From Dehalococcoidia bacterium (lineage in GTDB: Bacteria > Chloroflexota > Dehalococcoidia > SM23-28-2 > RBG-16-64-32): a stretch of DNA of 64,000 bases. Each line of letters begins with the position of its first letter. The first letter of the stretch is position 1. A program made the position numbers and the translations under genes. Location of the stretch: NCBI GenBank assembly GCA_963665775.2, contig CAXXTF010000002.1, positions 384,001-448,000 on the forward strand, written 5' to 3'. Shown piece after piece: positions 61,769-64,000 of the stretch. The notes beneath the pieces were generated by a model. The model had not been told where the DNA came from, made no database searches, and saw nothing but the letters and a program-made list of their open reading frames with translations.

Positions 61769-63472
61769 CCCGAATCCACCGAAGGACGGCCTTGGGGACA
61801 GTCCTTGAAGAAGCCATCGGGTGCTCCTCTGAATCTGGGATAATGGTTTTGGAACAGAAACCAGCCCGGAAACAAGGAGCACCCAATAGATGCTGCCACA
61901 GAACAAACCCGACCGTATCCGCATCCTCTTTGACGACCATCGCCTGGTGGCCAATGCCGGCCTGCTCCTGCCAGCCACCCTAGCCCGGCACCTGGGCCTG
62001 CGGGAACTCGTCGACCATCACCTTGACCTCGGCGGAGCGCCGGGACGGGCGAACACTGGGGACAAGATGCTGACGCTGGTCGCTTCCGCGCTGGCAGGCG
62101 GCGACTGCATCGACGACGCCGATGCGCTGCGCGCTGGTGGGACGGTCGGTGTTCTAGGCTGCGTGGTCAAGGCGCCATCCACCCTGGGGACCTTCCTGCG
62201 CAGCTTCCGGTGGGGGCATGTCCGTCAACTCGACCGCGTGAGCCGCCAGTTGTTGGCCCGGGCCTGGGCCGCTGGGGCCGGACCCGGCGACTCGCCCCTG
62301 ACCATCGACCTGGACTCGACCATCTGCGAGACCTATGGACTGGCCAAGGAGGGAGCGCGCCACCACGGCTATACCGGCGCCCGCGGCTATCACCCGCTGC
62401 TGGCCATTGCCGCCGGCACCGGCGAGGTGCTGATGTCCCGGCTGCGCGAGGGCCGGGCCAACACCGCCCGTGGCGCCGCCCACTTCCTGCGTGAGACGGT
62501 GGGGCGGGTGCGCTACGGCGGGGCCAGGGGACAACTCACGGTGCGGGCCGACAGCGGCTTCTACGCCCACACTGTCGTTGCCGCCTGCCGGGAAATGGAT
62601 GTCCGCTTCTCTATCACCATCCGCCAGCGCGCCAGCCTGCGGGACCTGATCGAGGCGATACCAGAGGAGGACTGGACTCCCATTCCCTACTGGATGGACG
62701 GCGCCGCCGATGTCGCCGAGACGACTTACACCCCGTTCCAGACCAAGCCGGACGCCGCGCCGGTGCGGCTCATTGTCCGGCGGGTGAAGCCGACGCCCGG
62801 TTCCCAGCTCGCCCTCTTCGCCAGATACAGCTATCACGCCTTCATCACCGACCGCGATGGGGAGACGCTGGAACTGGAGGCCGATCATCGCCGCCACGCC
62901 GAGGTCGAGAACGCCATACGCGACCTCAAGTACGGCGTCGGGCTGAACCACATGCCGTCGGGGCGCTTCGCCGCCAACGGCGCCTGGCTGGCGGTCCAGG
63001 TGATGGCGCATAACCTGGCCCGCTGGACAGCCCGCATCGGCCTGGGTCAGCAGATCGTGACCACCAAGACCCTCAGGCGGCGGGTCTTCGCTCTCGTGGG
63101 ACGGATCACCCGCTCGGCGCGCCGCCTCACTTTGCATCTCCCCCGGCGCTGGCCTTGGGAAACCCAGTTCAGTCGCGCCTTGGCCCGGCTGCAAGCCATT
63201 CCATTCCCGGCCTGACGGCCAGCCTGCAACTGACCCAACGTCCCCGCAATCTCGCGCCACCCCGGTCGCGAGAGTCCCCTGCTGCGTATCCTCTCGCCAT
63301 CCCGCGCATCGCAACTCCCGCATAGGGCCTTAGGGGCCCTGTGCGGCGACTGAAGACCGTCCGCCGGCCTCCCATCTACCCCAAGACCCCAGGCCATCTC
63401 CCCTGTAGCTCCCTCACCCACCCCCTTCCGCTGTCCTCACACCGTCCATCCGTGTCCTTCGGTGGATTCGGG
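61769..63472 (+). mobile_element. IS1380-family insertion sequence
   Basis: 19-bp perfect terminal inverted repeats CCCGAATCCACCGAAGGAC; CTAAG direct repeat on both flanks (61764-61768, 63473-63477). Confidence 0.93.
61890..63215 (+). CDS. IS1380-family DDE transposase
   Basis: IDLDST, GYHPL, LREG, VRADSGFY and ENAIRDLK motifs. Confidence 0.95.
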   Translation: MLPQNKPDRIRILFDDHRLVANAGLLLPATLARHLGLRELVDHHLDLGGAPGRANTGDKMLTLVASALAGGDCIDDADALRAGGTVGVLGCVVKAPSTLGTFLRSFRWGHVRQLDRVSRQLLARAWAAGAGPGDSPLTIDLDSTICETYGLAKEGARHHGYTGARGYHPLLAIAAGTGEVLMSRLREGRANTARGAAHFLRETVGRVRYGGARGQLTVRADSGFYAHTVVAACREMDVRFSITIRQRASLRDLIEAIPEEDWTPIPYWMDGAADVAETTYTPFQTKPDAAPVRLIVRRVKPTPGSQLALFARYSYHAFITDRDGETLELEADHRRHAEVENAIRDLKYGVGLNHMPSGRFAANGAWLAVQVMAHNLARWTARIGLGQQIVTTKTLRRRVFALVGRITRSARRLTLHLPRRWPWETQFSRALARLQAIPFPA

Positions 63473-64000
63473 CTAAGGCCTAACTAACCGTTCTCCGCCG
63501 CCGCTCTCGGCGCCATTATCGCCCCGACCTTCTTCTCCATGATCCCCTTGCTGCATCCGCCTTTGCGGCGCTGCGAGGGCCACCTTTGGGGCGGCCCACC
63601 ACCGGCTCGGACCCTGCCGATGGCCGCTTTCGGCGCGTCGAGCCGATCCTCCGTTAGACGATTAGCCGGCCTCTTCCGCAGGCGGCCGATCCCGGCGGTC
63701 TCTGCCTCGAAGTCAGGGCTTGGGCGACACAGCCGTATAGTTGATCCGAACGCTTGGGACAGGACTAAACCGGTGCCCCGGCGTTCGACTCTGAGGTAAG
63801 GCATCACGGTTGGCTCGGCGAGCAGGGGGAGGGGCAAACTCAGGCTGCAGCAAGTGATGAAAGATGCACCCAAACTGTAAGGAGGCAGGCCAGTTGACAA
63901 TCCGTTGCGTTAAGCGTAATGTCCAGCCATCAAATGAAGTCCAGAAATGCCGGGCCAGGTTTGATATGGGAAATGTCGGCTCCAAATGACTGCTGCCCTT

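Noticed and set aside
63484-64000. ORF 63484-63900 and a 13-bp match (TGAAGTCCAGAAA) to the 41-bp repeat
   Set aside because: The ORF has no recognisable motif and looks degraded or non-coding; the short match could be chance.

Overview
GC-rich bacterial chromosome segment, most likely Chloroflexota (Dehalococcoidia-like). This is an inference from gene content: Tat-lipoprotein family-5 binding protein, F420-type oxidoreductases, DUF6391, PAC2 and remA-gmk. Core content: an AAA-ATPase/VWA pair; a pentose-phosphate operon (rpiB-tal-gnd-zwf-opcA) whose oxidative branch is decaying; a Trp T-box-controlled trpS-trpEGDCFB-usp-S2P operon with trpA displaced into an upstream trpA-aroH-aroF-scpA unit; tyrA-aroA-remA-gmk-rnhB-yraN; mobAB; a methylmalonyl-CoA mutase cluster; and five intact tRNAs (Arg-TCT, His-GTG, Arg-TCG, Met-CAT, Val-TAC). 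From about 49.6 kb there is an accessory catabolic region (Dpp/Opp permeases, OYE-family reductase, GctAB-like pair, Tat-SBP, TolB-like protein, double-domain class III CoA-transferase, GlcG) ending in an intact IS1380 element. Many short gene remnants and apparent microhomology deletions are visible. I saw no CRISPR array, rRNA or prophage. The best candidates for something undescribed are CoA-transferase-fold enzymes that appear to lack their canonical catalytic acid within an acyl-CoA catabolic module, and a radical-SAM plus AUR1/IPC-synthase-like gene pair. All calls come from reading motifs by eye; no database search was run.
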